DNA of 55,833 bases from Bacteroidota bacterium (GTDB lineage Bacteria; Bacteroidota; Bacteroidia; AKYH767-A; 2013-40CM-41-45): positions 1 to 55,833 of the forward strand of contig JAPLDB010000070.1 of assembly GCA_026391975.1 (NCBI GenBank), given 5' to 3'. The translations under genes were made by a program, and so were the position numbers. The notes under the pieces are model-generated. The model was not told where the DNA came from. It saw only the letters and a list, made by a program, of their open reading frames with translations, and did no database searches. Below, piece by piece: positions 18,801 to 29,021 of the stretch (positions are counted from its first letter, which is position 1; each line of letters begins with the position of its first letter).

Positions 18801-21570
18801 AAGCAATGGCATCAGGTTTTGCATTCAACGTGAGCGTATATGTAATTGCCTGACTGCATCCGGCAGCCGTTCCTGTAATGGTGAATACTGTTGTAACTGC
18901 AGGAAAAAAAGTTTGCGTTGCTGAAGTTGAATCTGCAAACACATAGGCCGGTGAAGCAGACCAGGAATAATTTGAAGCACCGCTTACTGTAAGCACAGCA
19001 GAGTCGCCTTCGCAGATGGCAGATGGTCCGCTCACAGTCATGTTCAATCCCGGTGTCATTGTAAATGTTTGCAGAAGTGTATTGATACAACCTGTTATTG
19101 CATCCACTACAACAACAGAGAAAGAATAGGTGGCTATTGAATTCTGTGGAAGTGAAATCGTTACAACAGAAGAATCTGCATTCGATGAAGTGATCAGTAC
19201 ATAATCAGGAGAGTTTCCCCAGCTGTAAGACGATCCCGGTGCAGCGCCGGTAACTGTGAATACGGTTTGCGGATTTGGAGTGGTTGCACAAAGTGTAGCC
19301 GGAGCCGCATTGATTGCCGGTGGCGGATAAACATTCAATGTTACACACTGGCTGTCGCTGAAGCAGGAGTGGATATCGATTACAGCAGCGCAATAGGTGG
19401 CAGGGGCACTGATCGTTGCCGTAGGATTTTGTAAAAGAGAATCATTTAATCCGGCAGCAGGTGACCACACATAAAAATAGGGCGGAGTGCCACCTGAGCC
19501 GTTTGAAAAAATCTGCACCGGTGTATTCGGACAAACCGTAGTATCATTGGATACAGTGATAGTCGGCCGTGCATAAACATTCATGGTATCAGTTACTACC
19601 TGCGTACAGGTGCCAACGGTTCCTGTTACAGTAAAAACTGTTGTAACTGAAGGAATGATCAACTGTGTGGCCAATGTTGAATCAATGAACGGATAAGCCG
19701 GACTTGCTGACCATGCATATGCATTTGCGCCTGCCGCTGATATGGTTGTCGGAATTCCGATACAAGCTTCGTCGGGAATATTCACGACCATGTTTAATCC
19801 GGATATTATCTGGTAGGTGGAAGTAACGGTATCACGGCATCCGGTGATGCCATCAGTAACAACACAAGTAAAATCATAATTTGCAGCAACACCATTTGGA
19901 AATGAAATGGTGATCGAAGATGAATCTGCATTGGTTCCGGTTATCAAAGCATAATCAGGGGATAAGGTCCATGAATACGTTGATCCGGCACCGGCACCAT
20001 TAACAGTCAGTGTCGTTTGTGGATTAGGGTCTGTTGCACACAACACGCCGGGAGCAGCGCTGATGGCCGGCGGCGGAAGAATGTCAATGCTGATGCAATC
20101 AGGGTCGGAGGTGCAACCAATGGCATCCTGTACAACTACACAGTAAGTGACAGGCGCTGAGATAAAAGCGACGGGATTTTGAATTGTGGAATCATTGAGA
20201 CCTGCGGAAGGGGACCAGCTAAATGTAAATGGTGCAGTCCCTGCAGTGATTGCAGCATTAAGTTGAAGCGATGAGTACCGGCATACGATTGTGTCATTGC
20301 CTGCATCAACAACGGGTTTTGGGTTGACGGTAATATTCAATGATGAATCAGCCAGGCAACCATTTGCGTCAGCGATCTGAATGGAAATCGGGTAAGGACC
20401 TCCTGATGGCAATCCGCTCAAAACAGTTGAGGCGCAGGTATCACATGCAAATACGCCGACACCGCTCCACTGATAACTTACGGGCAATGCTCCATTGGTT
20501 ACGATGGCAGCAATCGTTGCATCTTCAAATTCGCATATGACCTGATCAGGGCCGGGATTAACAACAGGTTTTGGATTTACATGGACAGTGGTAGTAACTG
20601 TGTCGTCTCCACAATCTGCGCTTGTAACAATAAGAGTAACCACAAAATTTCCACTGTCAGAAAAGGCATGCTGAACATTTTGTCCGACGGCAGTATTGTT
20701 TGCTCCAGAGCCCGGGTCGCCAAAATTCCAAGCCCAGGAAACAATATTTACCGGAGTGAATGGTGGGTCAGGCAGGTATTGTGCATCTCCGGCAAAATCA
20801 ACGGGAGCATTTTGACAAATGTTTGCAGGTGGCGTAATGGTTGAAACCAGCTCCTCCACATCAATAAATTGTGTAACGGAGGCGCATCCACATTCTGCAT
20901 TGCAAACCTTGAGGTCTATAGTATGACTTCCTGTTGTTGCGAAAACAACCGTTGTATCATTGCCGGTCGCATTCACATACGATCCTCCGTCTAGCCTCCA
21001 CTGGTAGGTAATGTTGGTGCCTCCGCTCAGTGCTGTTGTATTTTGAAGAAATACAGAGAGTGGCGCACATCCGGAAAATGTATTTGGAATAAAGCCCGGC
21101 AATGGACGTCCAATAATTGAATTGGTTGCAGAAGTTGCGAGGATTGTAAATCCTTCCTGATTTCCTGAAGCTCCATCAATCATGATGTAATAGGTAGAAC
21201 CCGCTGCCACGGCAAATGTCAGGTTCATGGAGCCGCCCGGTCCGTTGGCAGAATTACAATTTGCAGTGCTTACCAATGCCCCACAAGAGCCACTGTAAAC
21301 CTCCATTTCCAATCCCGGGTTGTTGTTGATCTGCCCTACATTAATGGTACATGTTCCTGTTGTATTTGCAGTTACTGAGTACCAAACACTGTTATTCACG
21401 GTCAGGTCTCCGCATCCCAAGGCAGGATCATTGACTGCAACCGTTGCTCCGAATGTAGTTGAGGCAATGGTATTATTGGCGCAAAGGGGTGTAGCATTGG
21501 AACAATTGTCCTGCCCTTTTATATATCCCGATAAAAGGAGGGCAACTCCCAATACAAAACGATTCCTCAT
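15817..21570 (-). CDS. Large PKD/Ig-like repeat surface protein with gliding-motility-associated (T9SS type-B) C-terminal domain
   Basis: Signal peptide, WNFGD PKD motif, repeated YSWS/DAxGC beta-sandwich units and C-terminal IPNVFTP...NDFF...WDRWG...NDWD. Confidence 0.9.
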   Translation of the reverse strand: MRNRFVLGVALLLSGYIKGQDNCSNATPLCANNTIASTTFGATVAVNDPALGCGDLTVNNSVWYSVTANTTGTCTINVGQINNNPGLEMEVYSGSCGALVSTANCNSANGPGGSMNLTFAVAAGSTYYIMIDGASGNQEGFTILATSATNSIIGRPLPGFIPNTFSGCAPLSVFLQNTTALSGGTNITYQWRLDGGSYVNATGNDTTVVFATTGSHTIDLKVCNAECGCASVTQFIDVEELVSTITPPANICQNAPVDFAGDAQYLPDPPFTPVNIVSWAWNFGDPGSGANNTAVGQNVQHAFSDSGNFVVTLIVTSADCGDDTVTTTVHVNPKPVVNPGPDQVICEFEDATIAAIVTNGALPVSYQWSGVGVFACDTCASTVLSGLPSGGPYPISIQIADANGCLADSSLNITVNPKPVVDAGNDTIVCRYSSLQLNAAITAGTAPFTFSWSPSAGLNDSTIQNPVAFISAPVTYCVVVQDAIGCTSDPDCISIDILPPPAISAAPGVLCATDPNPQTTLTVNGAGAGSTYSWTLSPDYALITGTNADSSSITISFPNGVAANYDFTCVVTDGITGCRDTVTSTYQIISGLNMVVNIPDEACIGIPTTISAAGANAYAWSASPAYPFIDSTLATQLIIPSVTTVFTVTGTVGTCTQVVTDTMNVYARPTITVSNDTTVCPNTPVQIFSNGSGGTPPYFYVWSPAAGLNDSLLQNPTATISAPATYCAAVIDIHSCFSDSQCVTLNVYPPPAINAAPATLCATTPNPQTVFTVTGAAPGSSYSWGNSPDYVLITSSNADSSVVTISLPQNSIATYSFSVVVVDAITGCINTLLQTFTMTPGLNMTVSGPSAICEGDSAVLTVSGASNYSWSASPAYVFADSTSATQTFFPAVTTVFTITGTAAGCSQAITYTLTLNAKPDAIASLIPLFCGCATVNLTGILSTPGMNYNWTSTSGNGISNSNQIDATSFICTSDSFVLIVTDPSTGCADTASAIAIQNPLPAAVAAGTPNLICDATSTTILLDGTGSDTTTGTTYLWTSNNPSAVFADTTALITTATISTATIFYLTVTDTLGCDSTFADTVSVYPTPSIAAANPFICTSDPVLQSTITISGASPGSTFLWDTIPSCVTPNTANSDSQVFDFTSCGAGIYTFSILVTDAVSGCVKRVNQTVTVVTGVTLTISTDPTICEGDSTTLSASGANSFLWNPGGDTTSSINVTGLTAAGSPYQYIVTGTISSCSASDTITITVNPTPQTSPINGLQSVCDSATGLVYSVTPPNGNYTWTITNGTITQGQGNDSITVNWDSTGTGTISVVDTNAFGCPGIPQTISVTINPLPVTSPISGQDSVCENSLTTYFVTPNAGSTYNWSVTNGTISGSNTNNVVSIQWGSSGTGTLQVNETNAAGCTGTSVLMTVYIFPIPPTPAILGAATVCAGDTMQVYNSPLVGGVTYSWTVTGGTIVSGLNTDSISVNWDTTATSGMITLIAINQYGCASAISNFSVSMAPLPVATATPDSASLCRNIPLQITGTATAGTIHWTTSGNGAFSDTTIASPVYIPGPSDSGVVSLTMILTSASCGSDSAHVVLTVVPAPNTIITALPDTICWGSVTSITATGGGTYNWTNNGALTPTIFASPTADSVFTVIVNNSFNCPDTESVTIHVIPPGIPNAGTDLISCLSDSIPLTGSVLNAGQMYWNTLGDGTFSGSTQQSTIYIPGPNDTAAGSTFIVAYATGACLNLTDTMQLFFSQPPFVNTRPDTLISDGSGVQIPLATVSGYTTSVNFTTSGSGTFSPNDSDVAGVYIPSADDYSLDSVVITVVVTGPCGTATDFFVIDFEPFIIPNVFTPYPGTPGYNDFFVIKNLPQGSKIKIWDRWGLLVYTSDDYKNDWDAHGLKADVFYYILETRKRNYHGWIEVIRDEK

Positions 21571-21742
21571 GAATTTAAATAAGTTTCTAAATTACTCCTG
21601 CCTGCCATTCTGAGAGGGAAAATGAGGGTGAATTATCAACAATAAAAATAGCCTGTAAATTATTTTTTCATTGATAAAAAAAAAGCGGAGGCTTGCTGTA
21701 TCGCCTGTCAATTCAGATATTGTATGCACTTTTGTACCCGAC

Positions 21743-22765
21743 ATGAATACCCATCCCCGCGATCTTTTCAACATTGCTTCTAAGCTGAGCCTTAAAAAAG
21801 CAGCAAATGCTGCAAAGGTGTTGGGTAGTTTTTATTATTCACGGATGACCGGTTCTCCTAAACAAAAAGGCTTACCTGTTTCAATTGCCATTGAACCTAC
21901 AACTTCATGCAACCTTCGTTGTCCGGAATGCCCGAGTGGATTACGTTCTTTTTCCAGACCTACCGGAATGCTGCAGAGGAACTTTTTTGAAAAAACAATT
22001 GATGAGCTTTCAGACCATTTACTATATCTCATTTTTTATTTTCAGGGAGAGCCATATCTCAATCCGGATTTCCTTGACATGGTAAAATATGCTTCAGGAA
22101 AAAAGATCTATACGGCAACATCCACCAATGCGCATTACCTCAATGATGAAAACGCCAGGCGTACTGTGGAATCAGGCCTGGACAGGCTGATCATTTCCAT
22201 TGATGGAACCACCCAGGATGTTTATGAGCAATACCGGATCGGTGGATCTCTTGAAAAAGTACTGGAAGGAACCCGAAACATTTTGAAATGGAAAAAGGAA
22301 TTGAAATCAAAAACACCTCATACCATTTTCCAGTACCTCGTTGTGCGACCGAATGAGCACCAGATAGATGACCTGAAAAAAATTGCAAAAGAAATGGGAG
22401 TCGATGAAGTGGCTTTCAAGACTGCACAGGTCTATGATTTTGAGAATGGCAATGACCTTATTCCAACCATTGATAAATATGCGCGGTACAAGAAGAAGCC
22501 TGACGGCAAATGGAACATCAAGAACAATCTGTTGAATCATTGCTGGAAAATGTGGCATTCATGTGTGCTAACATGGGACGGAACGGTGGTTCCATGCTGC
22601 TTCGACAAAGACGCTTCTCATTCTCTTGGCAGTCTGAAACAAAAAACATTTAAGGAAATCTGGTTTGGGGAAGCGTATCAAGAATTCAGAAAAAACCTTT
22701 TGACAAGCAGGTCAAAGATTGACATCTGTACGAATTGTACGGAGGGAACGAAGGTGTGGGCGTAG
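21743..22765 (+). CDS. Radical SAM protein with SPASM/twitch domain
   Basis: CNLRCPEC, FQGEP and C-terminal CWKMW..VVPCCFD..CTNC. Confidence 0.9.
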   Translation: MNTHPRDLFNIASKLSLKKAANAAKVLGSFYYSRMTGSPKQKGLPVSIAIEPTTSCNLRCPECPSGLRSFSRPTGMLQRNFFEKTIDELSDHLLYLIFYFQGEPYLNPDFLDMVKYASGKKIYTATSTNAHYLNDENARRTVESGLDRLIISIDGTTQDVYEQYRIGGSLEKVLEGTRNILKWKKELKSKTPHTIFQYLVVRPNEHQIDDLKKIAKEMGVDEVAFKTAQVYDFENGNDLIPTIDKYARYKKKPDGKWNIKNNLLNHCWKMWHSCVLTWDGTVVPCCFDKDASHSLGSLKQKTFKEIWFGEAYQEFRKNLLTSRSKIDICTNCTEGTKVWA

Positions 22766-22797
22766 GCCTCATCCCGGCCTTCTCCAAAGGAGAAAAA
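22766..22797. repeat. REP-like element (CCTCAxCCxGCCxTCTCCxAAGGAGA family)
   Basis: TTCTCC-AAA-GGAGAA hairpin; related to CTCACCCCTGCCCTAAAGGGAGA at 33345 and 33606. Confidence 0.5.
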
Positions 22798-22820
22798 CCA
22801 AATACAATAGGAGCTCGATC

Positions 22821-23732
22821 ATGAATAAAATAAAAATTGAGAAACTTCGGACATATAAAGGTCACGACGGGCCGGTGTATGCGCTGGAGCAGTCTCCTGA
22901 AGGATATAAATTTTTTTCGGGGAGCGGCGACAGGATCGTTGCGGAATGGGACCTTGAAAAGGATGAACCTGCAAAAGCATTGGTAAATGTTGGGGGAATC
23001 GTTTATGCGCTTCGATACATCAAAGAAAAAAATGAACTGCTGATTGGCACATCTGCTGGAGCCATTCACGTAGTGGATTTAAATACCAGGAAAGAAACAA
23101 GAAATATTGCTTTTCACAAATCTCCCATATTCAATCTTCAATATTCTTTTTCGCAGGGAAAGATTTTTGCTGCTACCGGTGAGGGAAACATATCGGTTTG
23201 GTCACTTGATGATTTCACACTCCTGTATAACATCAATCTTTGCAAAGAAAAGTTGCGGAGCATTGCGTTGAACCGAGATCATTCTCTGCTGGCTGTTGCA
23301 TGCGGTGATGGGACCATCAGGATTTTCGATGTGGTTTCCATGCGGGAATTTCATCGTATTGAAGGTCATCATCTCTCTGTCAATGCTGTTTGCTTTCATC
23401 CGGAAGATAATTACCTGCTGAGCGGGGGTAAGGACGCACACCTGAAAATCTGGAGTACGGAGAATTTTTCACTGATAAAATCCATTCCTGCACATAACTA
23501 TGCATTGTATGCATTTTCTTTTTCGGGAGATAATAAAATGTTTGCGTCAGCCAGCCGAGATAAGACATTAAAAATCTGGGATGCCGATACTTTTGAAATT
23601 CTTCAGCGTATTGATAAAGAAAAACATGGAGGCCATCTCAATTCGGTGAATAATGTATTGTGGATGGAAAACGGTTTGCTTGTTTCAACCGGTGATGACC
23701 GGGCGGTTTGTGTTTGGAAAATTCTGAAATAG
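22821..23732 (+). CDS. WD40-repeat protein
   Basis: Repeated GH...SGxxD...WD units. Confidence 0.9.
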   Translation: MNKIKIEKLRTYKGHDGPVYALEQSPEGYKFFSGSGDRIVAEWDLEKDEPAKALVNVGGIVYALRYIKEKNELLIGTSAGAIHVVDLNTRKETRNIAFHKSPIFNLQYSFSQGKIFAATGEGNISVWSLDDFTLLYNINLCKEKLRSIALNRDHSLLAVACGDGTIRIFDVVSMREFHRIEGHHLSVNAVCFHPEDNYLLSGGKDAHLKIWSTENFSLIKSIPAHNYALYAFSFSGDNKMFASASRDKTLKIWDADTFEILQRIDKEKHGGHLNSVNNVLWMENGLLVSTGDDRAVCVWKILK

Positions 23733-23746
23733 CAGTGCTGTTTCTT

Positions 23747-23793
23747 AATTCTCATTACTCAATACTCATTACTCATTCCTCAATACTCTTACT
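23747..23793. repeat. Heptamer tandem repeat (AWTACTC, about 6 copies)
   Basis: Read directly from the sequence; lies between convergent genes. Confidence 0.85.
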
Positions 23794-23851
23794 TTTTGCC
23801 TCCCTGCATAATTCAGAAAACTGAGCCCAAAAATAGCAGGCGCTGAATTGC

Positions 23852-25333
23852 TTACTGTTCTTTCTTTAAAAATTTCAGCAACTGATCAGCTGCAACCTTA
23901 CCGGAAATGATCGAAGGTGGAACTCCCGGGCCGGGAACTGTCAGCTGTCCTGTATAAAAAAGATTTTTGATCTTCTTATTTCTGATCTTCGGTTTCAGGT
24001 GAGCGGTCTGCATTAATGTATTTGCAAGTCCGTAGGCATTTCCTTTGTATGAATTGTAATCGGCAACAAAGTCATTAACGCAATAACTTCTTTTAAAATC
24101 AATATGTGATGAAATATTTTCTTTCACCTGTTTTTCCAGGCGGGCCATCATCATTAAATAATATTTCTCGCGCATTTCTTCGCTGTCAGCCAGTCCGGGC
24201 GCAAGCGGCATCAATAGAAAAAGATTTTCATGTCCTGCCGGCGCAACTCCTTCATCTGATTTTGAAGTACAGCAGACATAAAACAATGGTTTGGAGGGCC
24301 ACTGTGGTGTTTTGTAAATTTCTCTTGAATGCTGATCCAGGTCTTCATCAAAAAATAAGGTATGGTGATGAAGTGAATTAATTTTTTTGTTGATGCCGAG
24401 ATAATAGATCAGGCTGGAAGGTGCGAGAATTCTTTTCTCCCAGTAACTCTCACTGTAATTTCTGTATTCAGGTTGTAACAACTTACTCTCCACATGGTGA
24501 TAGTCAGCCCCGGCAATTATTGCATCGCAGGTCAATTCTTCTCCGTTTACGACCATTTTTGATGCGCGGTCTTTTTCGACAACGATCTTTTCTACATTAG
24601 CATTAAGGTGAAAGACAACACCATTTTTTTTCGCAACCTTCACCATGGCGTCGATTACTTTTCCAAATCCTCCTGCAGGATACCAGGTGCCAAGCTTCAG
24701 TCCTGCATAATTCATCAGACTATAAAGTGCCGGTGTGTCCTGTGGCATGGCTCCCAGAAATAAAACCGGGAATTCCATCAGTGCGATCAACTTTGGATTG
24801 GAGAAATATTTTCGCACATGCTTGCTGAACGATGAGAAAACCTGCAAACGAAAAATGCCTTTGATCATTCCTGCATCTGCAAATTCTGTGATGGAAAGTC
24901 CGGGCTTGTAAACAAGATTTTCAATTCCAGTTTTGTATTTGAATTCTGCTTCGGCCATGAACTTTTTTAGTTGCACGGCGCTGCCGGGTTCAATAGATTC
25001 AAACAAACTGCATAAGGCATCAAAATTTTCCGGGACATGCATGGTGTCATGTTCACCGAAAACAACATCGAAGGAAGGATTCAGTAACTTCAGATCATAA
25101 AGATCAGAAACCTGATAGCCAAAATCTTTAAAAAACTTTTCAAACACATCAGGCATCCAGTACCAGCTGGGGCCCATGTCAAACATATAGCCTGTTCCGG
25201 TTTCAAATTGTCGTGCCCTACCGCCAAGAGATGTATTTTTTTCAAATACATGTACCTCATGGCCTGCTGCTGCCATGTAACAGGCTGCACTTAATCCTGA
25301 AAAACCTGAACCGATGATGAAAATCCGTGACAT
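23852..25333 (-). CDS. crtI: Phytoene desaturase
   Basis: GSGFSG FAD motif, FDMGPSWYWMP and GQLTVPGPGVPP. Confidence 0.88.
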   Translation of the reverse strand: MSRIFIIGSGFSGLSAACYMAAAGHEVHVFEKNTSLGGRARQFETGTGYMFDMGPSWYWMPDVFEKFFKDFGYQVSDLYDLKLLNPSFDVVFGEHDTMHVPENFDALCSLFESIEPGSAVQLKKFMAEAEFKYKTGIENLVYKPGLSITEFADAGMIKGIFRLQVFSSFSKHVRKYFSNPKLIALMEFPVLFLGAMPQDTPALYSLMNYAGLKLGTWYPAGGFGKVIDAMVKVAKKNGVVFHLNANVEKIVVEKDRASKMVVNGEELTCDAIIAGADYHHVESKLLQPEYRNYSESYWEKRILAPSSLIYYLGINKKINSLHHHTLFFDEDLDQHSREIYKTPQWPSKPLFYVCCTSKSDEGVAPAGHENLFLLMPLAPGLADSEEMREKYYLMMMARLEKQVKENISSHIDFKRSYCVNDFVADYNSYKGNAYGLANTLMQTAHLKPKIRNKKIKNLFYTGQLTVPGPGVPPSIISGKVAADQLLKFLKKEQ

Positions 25334-25552
25334 AACTTATTCAAATTGTAGAAACACCGTTGTCAGGAAAATGTTCAAATTGAATTAATCAATGAAAGAA
25401 GGTAGAATAGTCAATGATTGTGAGTATCAGAACTATATAAATCGCCCCGGCGTAAAAAATAATTCAAGGTTTTGAAACCTTCTGAAACTTCGTACCGTTA
25501 TAGGTACTGTTTCATGTTAAGTTTTAAGTTAAGTAATTTTTGAATTGTTGAT

Positions 25553-25585
25553 CAGCCCCGGTTCCAGACCGGGGTTGTTTTTTTT
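25553..25585 (+). terminator. GC-rich hairpin with T-tract
   Basis: CAGCCCCGGT-TCCAG-ACCGGGGTTG-T8. The T-tract is on the + strand although both flanking genes are on the - strand. Confidence 0.6.
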
Positions 25586-25586
25586 G

Positions 25587-25652
25587 GTACGAATCGCAGA
25601 GGTACGAATCGCGAATGCTTGCGAATCTACCTATTGCGAATCTATTCGAATT
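25587..25652. repeat. CGAAT-unit repeat cluster (left half only)
   Basis: GTACGAATCGC twice, then repeated GCGAAT units. Confidence 0.7.
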
Positions 25653-25721
25653 AAAACAGTTATCCTGAATGGAGGCTGGATTTCATTTGCACACCTGCAC
25701 ATCGGTCCATTTGCACATTAG

Positions 25722-26279
25722 CTACACTGTCATTATTTCTTTCTCTTTTGCTTCAAGGTGCTTGTCAACAGCTAGAATAAACTGATCGGTCATTTTCTGA
25801 ATGTTTGCCTCAAGGCTTTTTACCTGGTCTTCAGGAAGTCCTTTGCTGTCTTTCTTAATGGCTTCATTTGATTCGCGCCGGTGATTTCTTATTCCAACTT
25901 TTGCATGTTCAGCTTCTGCTTTCGCTTTTTTTACAAGGTCTTTTCTTCTTTCTTCTGTAAGCTGGGGGACAGAAATGCGGATCACGATTCCGTCATTCTG
26001 CGGATTGAATCCGAGATTCGCAGCCTGAATCGCTTTCTCAATCGGAACAAGCATTGACTTCTCCCACGGCTGGATCATAATGGTACGTGCATCCTGGATG
26101 CTCACATTTGCAACCTGACTTACCGGCATATAGGAGCCATAATAGTCAACCTGAACACTGTCGACCATGCTCGGATTCGCACGGCCTGCACGTATTTTAG
26201 TCATTTCGGATTCAAGGTGCGTAACTGCTTGCTGCATTTGCGCCTTGGTTGCATCAATAAGTTTATTCGGGTCTATCAT
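25722..26279 (-). CDS. frr: Ribosome recycling factor
   Basis: IRAGRANP, LGFNPQNDG and LTEERRKDLVK motifs. Confidence 0.97.
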   Translation of the reverse strand: MIDPNKLIDATKAQMQQAVTHLESEMTKIRAGRANPSMVDSVQVDYYGSYMPVSQVANVSIQDARTIMIQPWEKSMLVPIEKAIQAANLGFNPQNDGIVIRISVPQLTEERRKDLVKKAKAEAEHAKVGIRNHRRESNEAIKKDSKGLPEDQVKSLEANIQKMTDQFILAVDKHLEAKEKEIMTV

Positions 26280-26313
26280 ATAAGTTTATAGTTTTTAGTT
26301 CGGGGTTCGGAGT

Positions 26314-27024
26314 TTAGACTTCTACAAGTGTACCAATTTGTTTTCCTTCCAGAATATTCAACAGGTTGCCGGTCTTATTCATATCGAACACGATTATCGG
26401 TACATTATTTTCTTTGCAAAGTGTGAATGCAGTCATGTCCATGATCTTTAATCCCTTTTCATATACTTCATCAAAGGTAACAGTATCATACTTCACTGCA
26501 TTTTTGTCTTTCTCCGGATCAGCGTTATATATACCGTCTACACGGGTTCCTTTTAATATGACATCGGCTTCAATTTCAATGGCGCGGAGCGATGCAGCTG
26601 TATCGGTAGTGAAATAAGGATTGCCTGTTCCCGCTCCGAAAATAACCACTCTTCCTTTTTCGAGGTGACGAACTGCCCTGCGTTTGATAAATGGTTCGCA
26701 GATCTCTTCCATCTTAATAGCAGACTGAAGCCTGGTGTTTACGCTCATTTTTTCCAGCGCACTTTGCAAAGCCATGCTATTAATGACGGTTGCAAGCATG
26801 CCCATGTAGTCGCCTTGTACGCGGTCGATCACATCCTCAGCATCATTGCCAACCCCACGAAAGATATTACCTCCGCCAATGACGATTGCTACCTGAGTGC
26901 CTTTGTCGACGATGGATTTGATGTCTTCTGCATATTGCTTCAGACGGTCATGATCAATGCCGAATTCCTTCTCGCCCATCAGGGCCTCCCCGCTTAACTT
27001 GAGTAGTACACGTTTGTATTTCAT
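26314..27024 (-). CDS. pyrH: UMP kinase
   Basis: [17 protein letters not shown] and GNPYFTTD motifs. Confidence 0.98.
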   Translation of the reverse strand: MKYKRVLLKLSGEALMGEKEFGIDHDRLKQYAEDIKSIVDKGTQVAIVIGGGNIFRGVGNDAEDVIDRVQGDYMGMLATVINSMALQSALEKMSVNTRLQSAIKMEEICEPFIKRRAVRHLEKGRVVIFGAGTGNPYFTTDTAASLRAIEIEADVILKGTRVDGIYNADPEKDKNAVKYDTVTFDEVYEKGLKIMDMTAFTLCKENNVPIIVFDMNKTGNLLNILEGKQIGTLVEV

Positions 27025-27131
27025 TTCCGGCAGCTTTAATTATGGCGCGAATTTAGGATTAAATTTTTTTGTTTTGCTGTTCAAATAACGAAAGCTTGCG
27101 AATTTTCAAATTACCGTAGATTGTTCCCTGC

Positions 27132-29021
27132 CTACCGGTAAGTAGACTTCACGAATTTACTGCGGAATGTTTTTTCGCCTGCAGTAATTTCGATGTAATA
27201 TAATCCTGATGCGAGCTCTGAAACATCCAAGATTGTTTCGGTCCCGATGGTTATCGGGATGATGTTTGACGTTTGAAGTTGAACAGCCAATACCATTTCA
27301 CTAAGCATATTGTAAATCGAAATCTCAACGGCTGTTTCTCTTGTGACTTCTATCCCGATAGCTATCGGGATTTGAATTATGACTTTGTCCCCAACCGGAT
27401 TTGGATAAAGCTCAAACATTAAACCCCTGACCTCAGAATTCACGCTTGCTATCACATCAAATATTACAGCTTCAACTTCGCAATTGTTTGCATCGGTGCA
27501 CACCACATTGTAGTCACCACTTTGCGGAGCGATGTAAAAATAGTTTGTTGCACCATTTATGATATTGCCGTTCAAATACCATTGATAGGTAATGGCTCCC
27601 TGATTTGCAATAAGCGTATCACCCGCTTGCGAAATTCCCTGAGGTGCAGGATATGGATATACCGTAATATAATTTGAAATGGTAATCGTATCAATCAACG
27701 CACCATTTGTAGCAATGAGCGTAACATCATAGTTGCCCGGAGTATTGTAACAAATGTTTTGCGGATTTACATCGGTACTTGTGTTTGGATTTGCTCCGGG
27801 GAAGGACCATAAATAGGAGGTTGCATTGATGGAAAAGTTTGTGAAGTTAGTACACGTTCCCGGACAGATAAGCGAATCAACAGATTGAAATGATGCAATA
27901 ATTGAAGTGCATGATATAACATTCAGATTGAGTGTATCCGACGCATTGCAGCCGGGATTGCTTACCGAAACGAAATAAATTCCTGAAGTGTCGGCAACAA
28001 AAGTGGGAGCAGAAGAGCCGTCCTGCCAGGCATAAGTCGTTATTCCAGTGCCAGCCGCATTCAGCATCATGCTTTGTCCCTGACAGATTGTAGTATCGTT
28101 ACCGAGGTTTACATTCACTTGCGGATAAATTGTAACAGGAATAATAACTGTATCAACTGAAGTATTTACATAGGTGCGAATTACACGTACAAGAAAAATT
28201 CCGGTGGAAGTGAAAACGTGTGAAGGATTAAATAAGGTGGAAAAGTTATTGATACCTGATGCAAGATCACTGAAATTCCAGTCGGCCGAAACCATTGAAG
28301 TGGTATCGCCCATCAAGAATACAGTTGTATCGCCGAAGCAGACGTTTGCGAAATTTACCGGCTGCATTAAATTAATATTGTCAATGTAAATATATTCAGC
28401 GCAGTTGAGTGCGCATCCCGGAGTGAACACAACAAAATCAAGTGCGGAGGGGGCAGTAAAATTGATTGTGTATTGCAGCCAGTTTACATCGCTCACGGTA
28501 TCGCAACAACCAAGCAATATTGCTCCCGGAAGCTGGTCAGTACAAATATTTGTTTGTGCTCCTCCTGCAACAGGGTTGCCGTTGAATCCATAAACACAAA
28601 CGCCTGTGCATACGCTGCTGTAAAATCCGGAGTTGCTTCTCTTTGCATAAAAACTGATGCGATAGGAATTTCCTGCTATTAAAGGTGTGGCAAGAAATTG
28701 ACCGAATGATTCGGCCGCACCATTAGGATTGCCATACGTTGCGAAGCCGGCATAGCCCAATCCGTTTTGAGCACCGGTAACAGCTTGTGGTGTCCATCCC
28801 TGGTAAATACAATTCATGTAGTCGGCGCTGTAAACAGCATCAAGCCAATTGTCTGCTTTTTGCAGCTCGCCATTTCCAACAGGACAGATGGTGAATTGTT
28901 CGAAGTCGGGATTCACAACAATGTTTTGTGCGAATGCCTTTTGACTCACAAAGAGAGATAGGAAATAAATTACGAGTCCCCATGCGTTGAAACTTCGGCG
29001 GATGAAAATATTTTTTTTCAT
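27132..29021 (-). CDS. T9SS type-A cargo: carbohydrate-binding-like head, PKD/Ig stalk and sorting domain
   Basis: Signal peptide, NPDFE head, CPGTCTNF...CEVEA stalk and LYPNP...FRSKFVK C-terminal domain. Confidence 0.8.
   Translation of the reverse strand: MKKNIFIRRSFNAWGLVIYFLSLFVSQKAFAQNIVVNPDFEQFTICPVGNGELQKADNWLDAVYSADYMNCIYQGWTPQAVTGAQNGLGYAGFATYGNPNGAAESFGQFLATPLIAGNSYRISFYAKRSNSGFYSSVCTGVCVYGFNGNPVAGGAQTNICTDQLPGAILLGCCDTVSDVNWLQYTINFTAPSALDFVVFTPGCALNCAEYIYIDNINLMQPVNFANVCFGDTTVFLMGDTTSMVSADWNFSDLASGINNFSTLFNPSHVFTSTGIFLVRVIRTYVNTSVDTVIIPVTIYPQVNVNLGNDTTICQGQSMMLNAAGTGITTYAWQDGSSAPTFVADTSGIYFVSVSNPGCNASDTLNLNVISCTSIIASFQSVDSLICPGTCTNFTNFSINATSYLWSFPGANPNTSTDVNPQNICYNTPGNYDVTLIATNGALIDTITISNYITVYPYPAPQGISQAGDTLIANQGAITYQWYLNGNIINGATNYFYIAPQSGDYNVVCTDANNCEVEAVIFDVIASVNSEVRGLMFELYPNPVGDKVIIQIPIAIGIEVTRETAVEISIYNMLSEMVLAVQLQTSNIIPITIGTETILDVSELASGLYYIEITAGEKTFRSKFVKSTYR

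Noticed and set aside
5630-22820. Longer upstream starts in the ORF track (5630, 6280, 13300, 21671, 22719)
   Set aside because: They run through promoters, repeats or neighbouring genes; the downstream ATGs fit signal peptides and domain starts.
21743-23732. RiPP cluster around the radical SAM/SPASM gene
   Set aside because: No precursor peptide, transporter or peptidase is adjacent.
25380-25515. Possible small membrane peptide upstream of crtI
   Set aside because: It is broken by a stop and a frameshift and is too short to support.
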